In this document: positions 29,830 through 39,976 of the stretch, in pieces | Layout: each line of letters opens with the position of its first letter | Numbering within the stretch: position 1 is the stretch's first letter | From: Alphaproteobacteria bacterium | Lineage (GTDB): Bacteria > Pseudomonadota > Alphaproteobacteria > Rickettsiales > JABCZZ01 | NCBI GenBank assembly: GCA_013288985.1 | Contig: JABDAT010000002.1 | Location: 17,857-81,856 of the forward strand | Reading direction: 5' to 3' | DNA length: 64,000 nt | Position numbers and translations under genes: made by a program | The notes under the pieces: generated by a model | The model's input: only the letters and a program-made list of their open reading frames with translations | Databases searched by the model: none | Told to the model about the DNA's origin: nothing

Positions 29830-31917
29830 ATGCGTAATACTCTGCTTTATGCGCTTATGGTTACAAGTGCATTGTCAATATTGTCTGTAGAAGTAAAAGC
29901 AGCAGATGCTGATAGTCGCGCGCCCAGTGCTCCGCCTGCTACTTCGCCTGATGCTTCCGGGCTGCTCAATTTGTCATTGCAGCAATTGTCCGATGTAGAG
30001 GTGACTTCAGTATCAAAAAAGGCAGAAAAAGAATCCCAGGCTCCTGCAGCTATTTATGTTATTACGCAGGAAGATATACGCCGTTCCGGCCTACAAAGTA
30101 TACCTGAACTATTGCGCATGGTTCCTGGATTACAGGTAGCACAATCGGGTTCGAATGCTTGGTCAATATCGTCGCGTGGATTCAATGGTCAATTTGCTAA
30201 TGATCTGCTGGTTATGATTGATGGGCGTACTGTTTACACTCCTATATTTTCAGGAGTTTTCTGGGATATGCAAAATGTAATGTTGGAAGATGTTGAGCGT
30301 ATTGAAGTTATCCGCGGCCCAGGCGCGACATTATGGGGTGCAAATGCAGTTAACGGCGTTATTAATATTATCACTAAAAATGCAAAAGATACGCAAGGAA
30401 CCCTTATTACCGCAGCAGCAGGGAATCAGGAAAGAGTTGGTACATCGGCACGCTATGGTGCTACAGATGGCGATCTTTCCTATCGTACTTATGCGCAGTA
30501 TTTTAATAACAATCAGGAACACACTGTTGCAAACCCTATATCAGGTGTTCCTACAGGAATGGGAGCAGAAGATCAATGGCATAACCAGCAGGGTGGATTC
30601 CGTATGGACTGGAATACCTCTGAGAAGGAACAGGTAACATTGCAGGGCGATACCTATCAAGGGGTAGAAAATACATTACGCTTTCTTCCAGTTACTTCCA
30701 CTGTAAACCCTTCTTTATTTAATGTGGTAAACGACACAGATGATGTAAGTGGAATGAATGTACTTGGGCGTTGGAGACATGAGCTTGGCACGGGTTCTGA
30801 TATCACTTTGCAGGCTTATTATGATGATGTAAACAGAGAATTTGAATATATTGGATCGAGTTTACATACTCAGACATTTGACATCGATTTTCAGCACAAC
30901 CTGACCATCAATGATCGTAACGATGTTACATGGGGATTGGGTTATCGTGCGATTAATAGCGACTTTGGCAATAGTTTTTATATTAGTTTTGCACCTGAGG
31001 ACTATTATGAAAATCTTTACAGCGGGTTCTTGCAGGACAAAATAACGTTAGTGCAAGATCAATTATTTTTTACAATCGGTACAAAACTGGAACATAATGA
31101 TTTTAGCGGATTTGAATGGGAGCCAAGTGCGCGGATAGCATGGACGCCTACGGCGAATCAGACAATATGGTCGGCAGTATCACGTGCGGTACGTACGCCT
31201 AATCAAGGCGACCAAAATCTCAATCTTATCCAAGGCATATTACCAGGTAACACAGCACTTGCGGTATTGGGCCAATCGACTGCAACTGCTGATGTAGTAA
31301 CGGCATACGAACTGGGTTATCGTATCCAACCAAAAGAGAATTTGTCGTTCGATCTGACTGGCTTTGTAAATAAATATAAAAGACTGGATTCATCTACTGC
31401 TGGCAATGAAACGACACTAACGGATCCTGTGATGGGTAGTTATACCTATGCACCTTCATTAAACACAAATGATAACAGTGGCGAAACGCAAGGTGTTGAG
31501 GCAGCGGCAACATGGGAAGCTACTAAACATATCAAGATCAGCGGTGGTTATACGCTTTACTATGAAACGTTGCATATTGTCGGAGCAACGCCTATCGTTG
31601 CCAACGGTACAGCACCCAAGCAGCAATTTAACCTCCGCTCTTATGTTGATCTGCCTTATAATATGCAATGGGATACTATGTTGTATTACGTTGATCGTAT
31701 AGCTGATGCTAACGATGGCTTTGGCGACACTATTACCATTCCTGCTTACACACGATTGGATATGCGTTTGGGGTGGACAGCAATGCCAGGGCTTGATCTA
31801 AGCCTCATCGGTCAGAATTTATTGCAATCAGAACATCAGGAATTTTCACCTTTCTTGTATCAGACACCTGAAGAAATCGGCCGCAGTGTACTTGCCAAAG
31901 CAACTGTAAGATTTTAA
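29830..31917 (+). CDS. TonB-dependent outer-membrane receptor
   Basis: ATG at 29830 is preceded by GGAGG. Signal peptide MRNTLLYALMVTSALSILSVEVKA. Plug motifs (VEVTS, IEVIRGPGATLWGANAVNGVINIITK). C-terminal ...KATVRF. Confidence 0.9.
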   Translation: MRNTLLYALMVTSALSILSVEVKAADADSRAPSAPPATSPDASGLLNLSLQQLSDVEVTSVSKKAEKESQAPAAIYVITQEDIRRSGLQSIPELLRMVPGLQVAQSGSNAWSISSRGFNGQFANDLLVMIDGRTVYTPIFSGVFWDMQNVMLEDVERIEVIRGPGATLWGANAVNGVINIITKNAKDTQGTLITAAAGNQERVGTSARYGATDGDLSYRTYAQYFNNNQEHTVANPISGVPTGMGAEDQWHNQQGGFRMDWNTSEKEQVTLQGDTYQGVENTLRFLPVTSTVNPSLFNVVNDTDDVSGMNVLGRWRHELGTGSDITLQAYYDDVNREFEYIGSSLHTQTFDIDFQHNLTINDRNDVTWGLGYRAINSDFGNSFYISFAPEDYYENLYSGFLQDKITLVQDQLFFTIGTKLEHNDFSGFEWEPSARIAWTPTANQTIWSAVSRAVRTPNQGDQNLNLIQGILPGNTALAVLGQSTATADVVTAYELGYRIQPKENLSFDLTGFVNKYKRLDSSTAGNETTLTDPVMGSYTYAPSLNTNDNSGETQGVEAAATWEATKHIKISGGYTLYYETLHIVGATPIVANGTAPKQQFNLRSYVDLPYNMQWDTMLYYVDRIADANDGFGDTITIPAYTRLDMRLGWTAMPGLDLSLIGQNLLQSEHQEFSPFLYQTPEEIGRSVLAKATVRF

Positions 31918-31985
31918 TTGCGCTCAACCCAAGATAGTTATATCTGCCCATGCGACAAATGATAATGCACAAAAGCAGGAATTGA

Positions 31986-32567
31986 ATGCGCAGTATTTTG
32001 TATATTCTGGTGATGCTACTTGGGGGGTGCGTTTTTGCTCTGTTTCCTGCTATTGCAGACGATGACGATGCAGGAAAGATTGCGAAAGAATACCAGGTAA
32101 AAGTAGCATTCCTCTATAACTTTGTGAAGTTTATCGAATGGCCGGGAGACAAATCATTGGCCCATCCCAATGCAACTGCTAATATCTGCATTATGGGTGA
32201 TAATCCTTTTGGGGCGGCTCTGGATATTTTTAAACGCGTTTCCACCCCGCAACTTACCCTGAATGTAAAAACGGGCGTTTCTCAAAATGATATTTCTTCC
32301 TGTCATATTCTTTATGTCAGCAAATCAGAGGAAGCCAATGTTTCATCTATATTAAGCCAGGCATCCCGGTATTCTGTGGTAACGGTAAGCGGAATAAAAG
32401 GCTTTGTCGATGCCGGCGGCGTTATCGAAATGGTAAAAGTTGAAAAGAGCATTGGATTGTTTTCCAAAGACAAAATTAATTTACGCATTAATATGAGGGC
32501 GGCAGAAGCTGTAAATCTGCGTATTGATGCGCAGTTGCTTGAAATCGCTGCAGAGGTCGTAAAATAA
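31986..32567 (+). CDS. YfiR-like periplasmic protein (DUF4154 family)
   Basis: Signal peptide, then [15 protein letters not shown] and later [14 protein letters not shown], typical of DUF4154/YfiR. Confidence 0.7.
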   Translation: MRSILYILVMLLGGCVFALFPAIADDDDAGKIAKEYQVKVAFLYNFVKFIEWPGDKSLAHPNATANICIMGDNPFGAALDIFKRVSTPQLTLNVKTGVSQNDISSCHILYVSKSEEANVSSILSQASRYSVVTVSGIKGFVDAGGVIEMVKVEKSIGLFSKDKINLRINMRAAEAVNLRIDAQLLEIAAEVVK

Positions 32568-32589
32568 ACAATTAGTCAGTAATCAGGAT

Positions 32590-34122
32590 ATGCTTAGCGA
32601 AGCGTCGATAAAAACACGACTGATACGACTGATCACTGCAATCAGTGGATTTGCAGTGCTTCTGACGACAATCGCCATTACCCTGATAGGCATTTACAAT
32701 CTGCATCAAAATCTTCTGGTCGAACTTGAAGAAACAGCACGCATCGTAGGTGAGCGCAACCAGGCATTCATCGCCTTCGATCAGAAAGATGAAGCTGCTA
32801 AAAATCTGGAAAAGGCGTTTAATATTAAATCCTCTATCCTGCGCGCCTGCATGTATGATGCGAATGGCAAGCCGGCAGCAAGTTATTTTAGCGAGGCGCT
32901 GCCTGCGTCAGATAAAACTTGCCCTGAAGTCATTTATAATACCGATGGCATTCGTAAAGCGGGCGGTATTACAATGGCTACCAAGCATCTCAAAAATAGC
33001 AATGGGCTGCTTACTGCATCTATAACGGTTGAATCTGACCTGCGTGAAATTGATGCCTATATACGCAAACAAATTATTACCGCATTACTTGTTGCAGCTG
33101 CTGTAAGCGCTATCGCTTATATATTGGCGCTTGGATTACAGAAAAATATTTCAACACCTATTCTTCAATTGGCTGATACTGCGCGGCGGGTATCTGTAGA
33201 GAAAGATTATTCATTGCGCGCCACCCATGACTATACGGATTCTTCAACGCATAATAATGAAATTCTGACGCTTATTGATGCTTTCAATGCCATGTTGGAT
33301 GAAATTCAGGAGCGTGATCAGCAATTGCTCAAAAAGAATGAAGAACTCGGCAAGGCAAAGGAAGCGGCAGAAAGTGCAAACCGTGCCAAGTCACACTTTC
33401 TGGCAAATATCAGTCATGAGTTGCGCACTCCGCTCAATGCTATTATTGGATTTTCCTCCATTCTCATCAATCAGCTTTTTGGCGCATTAGGGCATGAAAA
33501 ATATGGGGAATACGCGCATGATATTAATGATGCCGGTGTGCATCTGCTTGATATTATCAATGACATACTCGATCTTTCTAAGGCAGAGGCGGGCAGGCTC
33601 GCGCTCGTGTTTGAAGAAGTCAATATTGAACGTGCCATCAATAAATGCATTACCATTATGGCAGAACGTGCATCCGAAGGGGGCGTTGCCATTACGACCG
33701 ATATACCAAAAAATCTTCCCTATATCATCGTTGATCGCTTGCGCTTCATACAGATCATACTCAATATTCTCTCTAATGCCGTTAAATTCACGGAAAAATC
33801 AGGCAGTGTGCATATTGCCGTAAAACCTGAAACGCGTGGCGGCATTGTTACAGATTTTATTATCACTATCAAAGATACAGGTATTGGTATGGCAAAGGAA
33901 AACATACATAAGGTTTTCCAGAGCTTTGGTCAGATTGATAGTGGCCTCAACCGTCGTTATGAAGGAACAGGACTTGGCTTACCTCTTACTAAGAAATTAG
34001 TGGAGCTGCATCATGGCAGTATTGTTTTGGATAGTGATTTAGGGGTAGGAACTACTGTTAATTTACATTTTATTGCCAATCCGACCTATATCAGTGAGTT
34101 GCTTGATGTGACGGCTGGGTAG
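32590..34122 (+). CDS. Membrane sensor histidine kinase (two TM helices, periplasmic loop of about 130 aa, HisKA + HATPase; no receiver)
   Basis: H-box [16 protein letters not shown]-box [10 protein letters not shown]1 DTGIGM, G2 [18 protein letters not shown]. Confidence 0.9.
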   Translation: MLSEASIKTRLIRLITAISGFAVLLTTIAITLIGIYNLHQNLLVELEETARIVGERNQAFIAFDQKDEAAKNLEKAFNIKSSILRACMYDANGKPAASYFSEALPASDKTCPEVIYNTDGIRKAGGITMATKHLKNSNGLLTASITVESDLREIDAYIRKQIITALLVAAAVSAIAYILALGLQKNISTPILQLADTARRVSVEKDYSLRATHDYTDSSTHNNEILTLIDAFNAMLDEIQERDQQLLKKNEELGKAKEAAESANRAKSHFLANISHELRTPLNAIIGFSSILINQLFGALGHEKYGEYAHDINDAGVHLLDIINDILDLSKAEAGRLALVFEEVNIERAINKCITIMAERASEGGVAITTDIPKNLPYIIVDRLRFIQIILNILSNAVKFTEKSGSVHIAVKPETRGGIVTDFIITIKDTGIGMAKENIHKVFQSFGQIDSGLNRRYEGTGLGLPLTKKLVELHHGSIVLDSDLGVGTTVNLHFIANPTYISELLDVTAG

Positions 34123-34247
34123 TGGTAATTATGCAACAAATATAAGTTGATTATAACAAGCGATATGTAATACATTGCTCTTAGTAAATTATTAACCTTT
34201 TTACTGCATTCCTGAGCTATTCAAATTCACTGCATAATGAGGATGAT

Positions 34248-34709
34248 GTGAAAACAGTATATATCGAAACTATTTTGCTTATTGAACGATTGCATCGCCG
34301 TTTTCTTGATGTAATCAAGACGGAATTGGATCGCCTGAAAATAAACGACATCAATAACGTACAAACGTTGATTCTCTACAATATAAATAACGAGCAGCTC
34401 ACTATCGGTGAATTGACAAATCGTGGTTACTATCTTGGATCGAATGTGTCGTATAATGTTAAAAAACTGGTTGAGAATGATTTTCTTATTCAGGAACGCT
34501 CGCCACATGACAAACGTTCGACACGCGTCAAGTTATCTGAGAAAGGACTTAAGCTTTGCCAGAAAATTGATGAGCTATACCAGCGTAATATTGATGCGTT
34601 GAAGAACGGCAAGCCGGATATGAATTCGCTTTCCACTATGAACAGCACGCTTAACCAGCTCGAGCAATTCTGGACTAACTATATCAATAATATCTACAAG
34701 GTTGTGTGA
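34248..34709 (+). CDS. MarR-family winged-helix transcriptional regulator
   Basis: wHTH region TIGELTNRGYYLGSNVSYNVKKLVENDFLIQERSPHDKRSTRVKLSEKG. Confidence 0.7.
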   Translation: MKTVYIETILLIERLHRRFLDVIKTELDRLKINDINNVQTLILYNINNEQLTIGELTNRGYYLGSNVSYNVKKLVENDFLIQERSPHDKRSTRVKLSEKGLKLCQKIDELYQRNIDALKNGKPDMNSLSTMNSTLNQLEQFWTNYINNIYKVV

Positions 34710-35682
34710 GTCAGTGTCACGACTTCCAAGTGCTGTACTCTTTTTTCTCTTTTTAGCGGGGCTATTCCTGCCAGCTGTTGCGGGTGAGAAGTTTATCACA
34801 ATTGGAACTGCTGGTGAGATGGGGGTTTATTATCCTGCAGGCGGTGCTATATGCCGGCTCGTAAAGCGTGGCATTAAAGAGCATGGCATACGTTGTTTTG
34901 TGGAGCCTACCAGCGGTTCTGTTTATAACCTGAGGGCGCTGCGCCATGGTGAGCTTGATTTGGCGATTGCGCAGGCAGACTGGATCTATAATGCTCACAA
35001 AGGAACAGAAGATTTCAGTGAAGATGGTTCTGACAGCACTCTTCGTTTGGTGTTTGCATTGCATACGGAAGCATTTACCGTACTTGCACGTGCCGATTCA
35101 GATATAAAGAAAATTGCTGATTTAGAGCATAAGCGTATTGGTATTGGAGACGACGGATCAGGTACACGCGCTACTGCAGAGGAATTTATTAAAGCGGAAG
35201 GCTGGAATAAAGATTCCTTTACTGAAGTGCTGGGATTAAAACCGGCAGAGCAGGGTAAAGCGCTATGTGCAGGTAAAGTAGATGCCATATTGTTTACTAC
35301 AGGTCATCCCAATGGTGGCACGCAGGAGACGACCAGCGCTTGTGCGACGCATCTGATTGCTGTCCAAGGGCCAAAGATTGATAAATTGATTAAAGATAAT
35401 CCTTACTATGTGCATGTAACCTTGCCAGGCGGTATGTATCGCGGAAGCCCTAACCCTGTCAGTACATTTGGGGTTAAGGCTGAACTGGTCACGTCTTCTA
35501 AGGTAAGCGATGACATTATTTATCAGGTAGTTAAAGCAGTATTTGATAATCTTGATAATTTTAAGACTTTGCACCCTGTCTTTTCAACGCTGAATAAGCA
35601 ACAGATGGTCAGTGAAGGCCTTATAGTGCCATTGCATCCAGGTGCGCTCAAATATTATCGTGAAGTTGGATTAATGAAGTAA
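34702..35682 (+). CDS. TAXI-family TRAP-type solute-binding protein
   Basis: Signal peptide, then ITIGTAGEMGVYYPAGGAIC ... LHPGALKYYREVG, typical of TAXI receptors. Start uncertain (TTG 34702 or GTG 34714); it overlaps the marR-like stop. Confidence 0.8.
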   Translation: MCESVSRLPSAVLFFLFLAGLFLPAVAGEKFITIGTAGEMGVYYPAGGAICRLVKRGIKEHGIRCFVEPTSGSVYNLRALRHGELDLAIAQADWIYNAHKGTEDFSEDGSDSTLRLVFALHTEAFTVLARADSDIKKIADLEHKRIGIGDDGSGTRATAEEFIKAEGWNKDSFTEVLGLKPAEQGKALCAGKVDAILFTTGHPNGGTQETTSACATHLIAVQGPKIDKLIKDNPYYVHVTLPGGMYRGSPNPVSTFGVKAELVTSSKVSDDIIYQVVKAVFDNLDNFKTLHPVFSTLNKQQMVSEGLIVPLHPGALKYYREVGLMK

Positions 35683-35697
35683 TAAGAAAATTAAGAT

Positions 35698-35722
35698 CCT
35701 GAAACATGTTCGGGACATTTTT
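35698..35722 (+). terminator. Weak candidate intrinsic terminator after the TAXI gene
   Basis: CCTGAA-acatg-TTCGGG (6-bp stem including one G-U pair) followed by acaTTTTT. The stem is short and GC-poor. Confidence 0.25.
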
Positions 35723-35779
35723 CCCTTTATATACCCCTATAATTTCAGTATAAGCCAGCAAACACATAAGGAAATCGCT

Positions 35780-37045
35780 ATGAAATTATGGCAAAAAGTA
35801 GTTATTGCGTTATTGCTAGGCGTAACGGTTGGCTACCTTCTTAATGCGAAAGGGCCATTGGGATATGATGGCAGTGCATATCTTACCACCTACTTAAAGC
35901 CCGTTGGCACCATCTTTATCAACCTGATCAAGATGGTTGTGGTCCCCCTTATATTTTTCTCGCTGGTTTTGGGTATCACCAGCATGACTGATGCAGAAGC
36001 GTTTAAACGCATTGGCATCAAGTCGGTAGTAGCATATTTATTTACTGCCGCATTTGCAGTGCTCATTGGGCTTGCGTTCGGTGCATTATTTGAACCCGGA
36101 AAAAATATCGATCTTTCTTTGCTTATTCAAAAGCAGGGAATTGTTACTGCGCCTACCACATCTTCGGCCCAGCCATTTGATCTTATCAAAATGTTTGTGG
36201 ATATGGTACCTTCCAATGCATTTGAAGCAATGGCAAACGACCGTATTCTCCAGGTTGTGGTATTTGCAGTGTTCGTTGCATTCACCATTAATAAACTTGG
36301 AAGCAAAGTAAAAATTATCAAAGATTTTTGTCATGCTGCAGCATTCCTTGTATTTGAAATGATCCAGACCATTATGGGATTTGCGCCATATGGTGTATTT
36401 GCGCTCACGGCCTGGGTGGTAAGTTCACAGGGGATGGATGTCATAAAGGCGCTTGCCGTGCTTGCGGCATGCGTAGGGTGTGCGCTGTTTACACAGTATC
36501 TGTTGTTTGGCCTACTTATTATTGTTTTTGGCCGCATGTCTCCCATGCCGTTCTATAAAAAAATTCTGGAGACGCAATCGCTTGCATTTTCTACCAGCAG
36601 CAGCAAGGCGGCGCTGCCTACCGCCATGCGTGTGGTCAATGAGCGTATGGGGGTTTCCGCCAGTACGACATCGTTTGTATTGCCGCTTGGCACTTCTATC
36701 AATATGGATGGGACTGCCATTTATTTAGGCATCACGGCCCTCTTTTTTGCACAGGCGTATGGCATCCATCTTGATTTTCATCAGTATGTATTATTAATAC
36801 TCACCGCCACATTAGGTTCCATTGGCGCTGCAGGCATTCCTGGCGGCTCCATAGCGATGATGGGAATGGTGTTTACCTCCGTGGGCCTGCCGCTTGACGG
36901 TATTGCCGTAATTCTGGGCATTGACCGTATTCTCGATATGCTGCGCACTACCGTCAATATTACCGGAGATTCGGTAATCACACTGCTCATCGATAAATCA
37001 GAGGGCACCTTCAATAAGGCTACCTATTACGATAAAAATTTATAA
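35780..37045 (+). CDS. Dicarboxylate/amino acid:cation symporter (DAACS, GltP/DctA-like)
   Basis: Polytopic protein with SSSKAALPTAM, GTSINMDGTAIY and DRILDMLRTTVNITGD. Confidence 0.9.
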   Translation: MKLWQKVVIALLLGVTVGYLLNAKGPLGYDGSAYLTTYLKPVGTIFINLIKMVVVPLIFFSLVLGITSMTDAEAFKRIGIKSVVAYLFTAAFAVLIGLAFGALFEPGKNIDLSLLIQKQGIVTAPTTSSAQPFDLIKMFVDMVPSNAFEAMANDRILQVVVFAVFVAFTINKLGSKVKIIKDFCHAAAFLVFEMIQTIMGFAPYGVFALTAWVVSSQGMDVIKALAVLAACVGCALFTQYLLFGLLIIVFGRMSPMPFYKKILETQSLAFSTSSSKAALPTAMRVVNERMGVSASTTSFVLPLGTSINMDGTAIYLGITALFFAQAYGIHLDFHQYVLLILTATLGSIGAAGIPGGSIAMMGMVFTSVGLPLDGIAVILGIDRILDMLRTTVNITGDSVITLLIDKSEGTFNKATYYDKNL

Positions 37046-37053
37046 GTGCCTTG

Positions 37054-38274
37054 CTATGCTGCCTGCGCCTGCATCATTTTAGGTAAATCGCCAACAAGAC
37101 CCATAGCATGCTGCATAAAGAATCGTTTGAGTGGCGGGGCGCTATTTACCAGTGAAAGCCCTGCATCGCGTGCCAGGCGAATCGGTACAATATCATTAGA
37201 GAATAGCCGGTTGATAACATCAGTAATGAGTCCCATGCTCATGGAATCAAAACGCCGCCAGCGCTGATAATGCTCCAGCAGGTTCTGTGAACCGATATCA
37301 AGCCCAAGCCGCATCGCATCAAGTATAAGCTCTGTCAATGCGGCTACATCACGAAACCCAACATTTACACCTTGGCCGGCGATGGGATGAATGGCATGTG
37401 CGGCATCGCCGATAAGTGCAAACCGCGTATCGATATAACGCGTTGCCAATATGAGATGCAGGGGATAGGAGAACCGCTTACCCACGGGTTTAAACGTTCC
37501 CAGATAGTCACCAAGCCTTTTACTGATTTCGTTAGTAAAATCCTGTTCATTAAGCGCAAGCATATAAGGAGCAAGCGCTTCCGGCTCAGTCCAGACGAGT
37601 GCTGAGCGGTTATGCTGCATAGGCAGCGCCGCAAATGGTCCCGCAGGCAGAAAACGCTCCAATGCAAGTCCTGCGTGAGGTAGCTCATGCTCAATTGTGC
37701 AGACAATCGCCGTTTGCTGATAACTGGTTTCAATTGTTTTGATTCCTGCATCTAAACGCAGCTTAGAATGTTTGCCGTCTGCCGCAATTATCAACGGAGC
37801 ATGCCATATTGAACCATCATTTAATGTGACTATGGCCTTATAAGCATCACGCTGAATATGGGAAACCTGCATGGGGGCAAGCAGTGTAAGGGTTGGAAGT
37901 TCATGGGAGCGTTTAAGCAATGCAGTCCGGATATAGCGATTTTCCACCATATGTCCCATAGGGGTGTCGCCCACATCTTTATAATTATAATGCACATGAC
38001 TGGAAGAATCCTGATCCGCAACGCGAATATCCAGGATAGGCTCGGCTTGCGGCAACAGGCTTTCCCAGACTTTCATTGCGCTCAATACACGTTGGGATCC
38101 CAGCGATAGTGCGCTTACACGCCCATCGAATGCGGGTAACAATTGCGACTGAAGATTATCCCTGTCAATCACGGCAACTTTTACGTCGGACTGGGCAAGC
38201 GCAATGGCAAGCGACAAGCCCACCATGCCGCCGCCAATAATAATTACATCAGCTTTTGCGCTGGACGCAGTCAT
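37054..38274 (-). CDS. UbiH/UbiF/VisC/Coq6-family FAD-dependent monooxygenase
   Basis: The start is set at ATG 38274 (MTASSAKADVIIIGGGMVGLSLA, the GxGxxG motif). Also AADGKHSKLR and GDAAHAIHPIAGQGVN. The longer tracked ORF would overlap the upstream gene. Confidence 0.9.
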   Translation of the reverse strand: MTASSAKADVIIIGGGMVGLSLAIALAQSDVKVAVIDRDNLQSQLLPAFDGRVSALSLGSQRVLSAMKVWESLLPQAEPILDIRVADQDSSSHVHYNYKDVGDTPMGHMVENRYIRTALLKRSHELPTLTLLAPMQVSHIQRDAYKAIVTLNDGSIWHAPLIIAADGKHSKLRLDAGIKTIETSYQQTAIVCTIEHELPHAGLALERFLPAGPFAALPMQHNRSALVWTEPEALAPYMLALNEQDFTNEISKRLGDYLGTFKPVGKRFSYPLHLILATRYIDTRFALIGDAAHAIHPIAGQGVNVGFRDVAALTELILDAMRLGLDIGSQNLLEHYQRWRRFDSMSMGLITDVINRLFSNDIVPIRLARDAGLSLVNSAPPLKRFFMQHAMGLVGDLPKMMQAQAA

Positions 38275-38281
38275 GCGGATA

Positions 38282-39964
38282 TTACTTTGAAAGAGTGAGA
38301 ATAGGCGCTGCTGGATTAGGCTCAGGCTTTTTTTGCTGGAATTCATTCGCTCTTTGCGCAGAAGCCAGCAAATCAGCATTATTGATACCCGTGACATGGC
38401 TGGATGCGAGCGTTGCATTTCCCTGGCTTACGGCTTGTTGAATAGCTTCTTGCTTACTAAGTGGACGGCTCTGTTCCTGCTGCCGCGATTGTGACTTTCC
38501 AGCAATTATTTTTTCATAGTTTGCGGCCTGATTAAGCCCAGCTTCAATTTTAGTGAGCAGTACTTTAAGCGGCACAGCTGAAGTAGGTCTGTAGACGATA
38601 GGCGTTTGATCCATGCGGGCGAGCATATCTTTGGCGCACCCATATTCCTTTTCTTCTTTTAGCATACCTGCTGTTTCTGCCTTCATGCGATAACTGATTT
38701 GTTCAAATGCATCCCCTGCTTCCTGCAGTTCTCTGCTGCCAAGAATCAGTTTAATATCCTCGGGAGAATTGCGATATGCATTTAAGATATTCGCAAGACT
38801 ATTCTTATACGTTTTTGCCATCGCAAGCATCATCTGCGCTTCAGCTTGCTGCGGATCGATAGTCTCTTTTAATATTTTTTCATTTTCAGTATCACCCATA
38901 GGAGTATCTGTAATCTGGCGATCCGATATGTCGTATCCCATAAGGATGCGCAAATTCTTAAGGATGTTGCGGGCATGATCAACCGAAGTGGTTTTATCTT
39001 CATTGCTGAGAGTATCCACCGATTTTAATTCTTTCATGGTGGTCTCAAATGCATTTGCAATTCCCTCCATACGGGTGGATCGGCTATAGAGTTGCATATA
39101 ATTATTAGAGAAAGCGGTTTGCTCACGCGGAAATAGGTTCCATTGACGCGGCGATGATTTCACCCAAGGCAGTTTATCCGTCCATGATTCCTTGCGTTGC
39201 TCTTTAAGAAGATATTCATACATAATCGCGATACCTTTATCGGGGATATTGGCATCGTTGAGAAATGCGCTGGTAATGGGAGCGCCTAAATCTTCGTGTT
39301 TAAAAAGTTTTTTTAATGAACGGCCAAAACGCTGAATCAAATTAAGCTTTTCTTCTCCCGCAAGCGCGCTTCCAAGTTTCTCGGCCATCTCCTGGAGTTT
39401 GCGCAAGTTTGCAGCATCTTCTTTGCCTTCTTTGCTGTTTTCTCCCCCTACATATCTTCCGTCATGAAACATCTGAACGGCAAGATAGTTGCGCAAAATA
39501 GCAATATTTCTGCGCAGCGGGGCATAATCTTCATAATTTTTATTATCAGGATTAAACGCTGCATGTGTAGAACGGCCTGATGCATCCACACCGCATTTTT
39601 CAACAATAACACCGTCGAACATGCTGTAATTAAATTGCGAAAACTGGATGTTGTTTGCGCCGTTGCCTTCATTGAGTATTTTTTTGTAGGCAAGAAGAGT
39701 ATTTTCCCTTGGCCGGATAACAGTGCCGAAGTTAAAATCACTATCCCATACTTTAGATAAATCAACCTGAGTGGAGGCCTCAGTATGGGCAAGCACTTCT
39801 GCGGTAACAGCGTCTTCCTTAGCTTTCTGCTGATTGAGCCTGTTAATGCCAAGCGCCATCGCACCGGTTTGATAATCACCAGGCACATCGGCATCAAAAA
39901 GATTCGGGGGTACACCGAATTCGCGTTGCCTGGGTTGTCCTGTTTCAAAGCTTATATCAGCCAT
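38282..39964 (-). CDS. Hypothetical 560-aa soluble protein, no family recognised
   Basis: Long uninterrupted ORF with no TM segment and a Gln-rich C-terminal tail. Its stop lies 7 nt upstream of the ubiH-like start, and its start lies 12 nt after the upstream 109-aa gene. Confidence 0.7.
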   Translation of the reverse strand: MADISFETGQPRQREFGVPPNLFDADVPGDYQTGAMALGINRLNQQKAKEDAVTAEVLAHTEASTQVDLSKVWDSDFNFGTVIRPRENTLLAYKKILNEGNGANNIQFSQFNYSMFDGVIVEKCGVDASGRSTHAAFNPDNKNYEDYAPLRRNIAILRNYLAVQMFHDGRYVGGENSKEGKEDAANLRKLQEMAEKLGSALAGEEKLNLIQRFGRSLKKLFKHEDLGAPITSAFLNDANIPDKGIAIMYEYLLKEQRKESWTDKLPWVKSSPRQWNLFPREQTAFSNNYMQLYSRSTRMEGIANAFETTMKELKSVDTLSNEDKTTSVDHARNILKNLRILMGYDISDRQITDTPMGDTENEKILKETIDPQQAEAQMMLAMAKTYKNSLANILNAYRNSPEDIKLILGSRELQEAGDAFEQISYRMKAETAGMLKEEKEYGCAKDMLARMDQTPIVYRPTSAVPLKVLLTKIEAGLNQAANYEKIIAGKSQSRQQEQSRPLSKQEAIQQAVSQGNATLASSHVTGINNADLLASAQRANEFQQKKPEPNPAAPILTLSK

Positions 39965-39976
39965 AGAGCTATTATA

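Noticed and set aside
37054-38418. N-terminally extended versions of several tracked ORFs: 38418 for the ubiH-like gene, 45721 for gatC, 46032 for gatA, 58708 for the 991-aa gene, 29761 for the TonB receptor and 25208 for glmS.
   Set aside because: Internal starts give canonical N-termini (GxGxxG fold start, MCGI, signal peptide), have ribosome-binding sites or overlapping stop-start junctions, and avoid overlaps with upstream genes.
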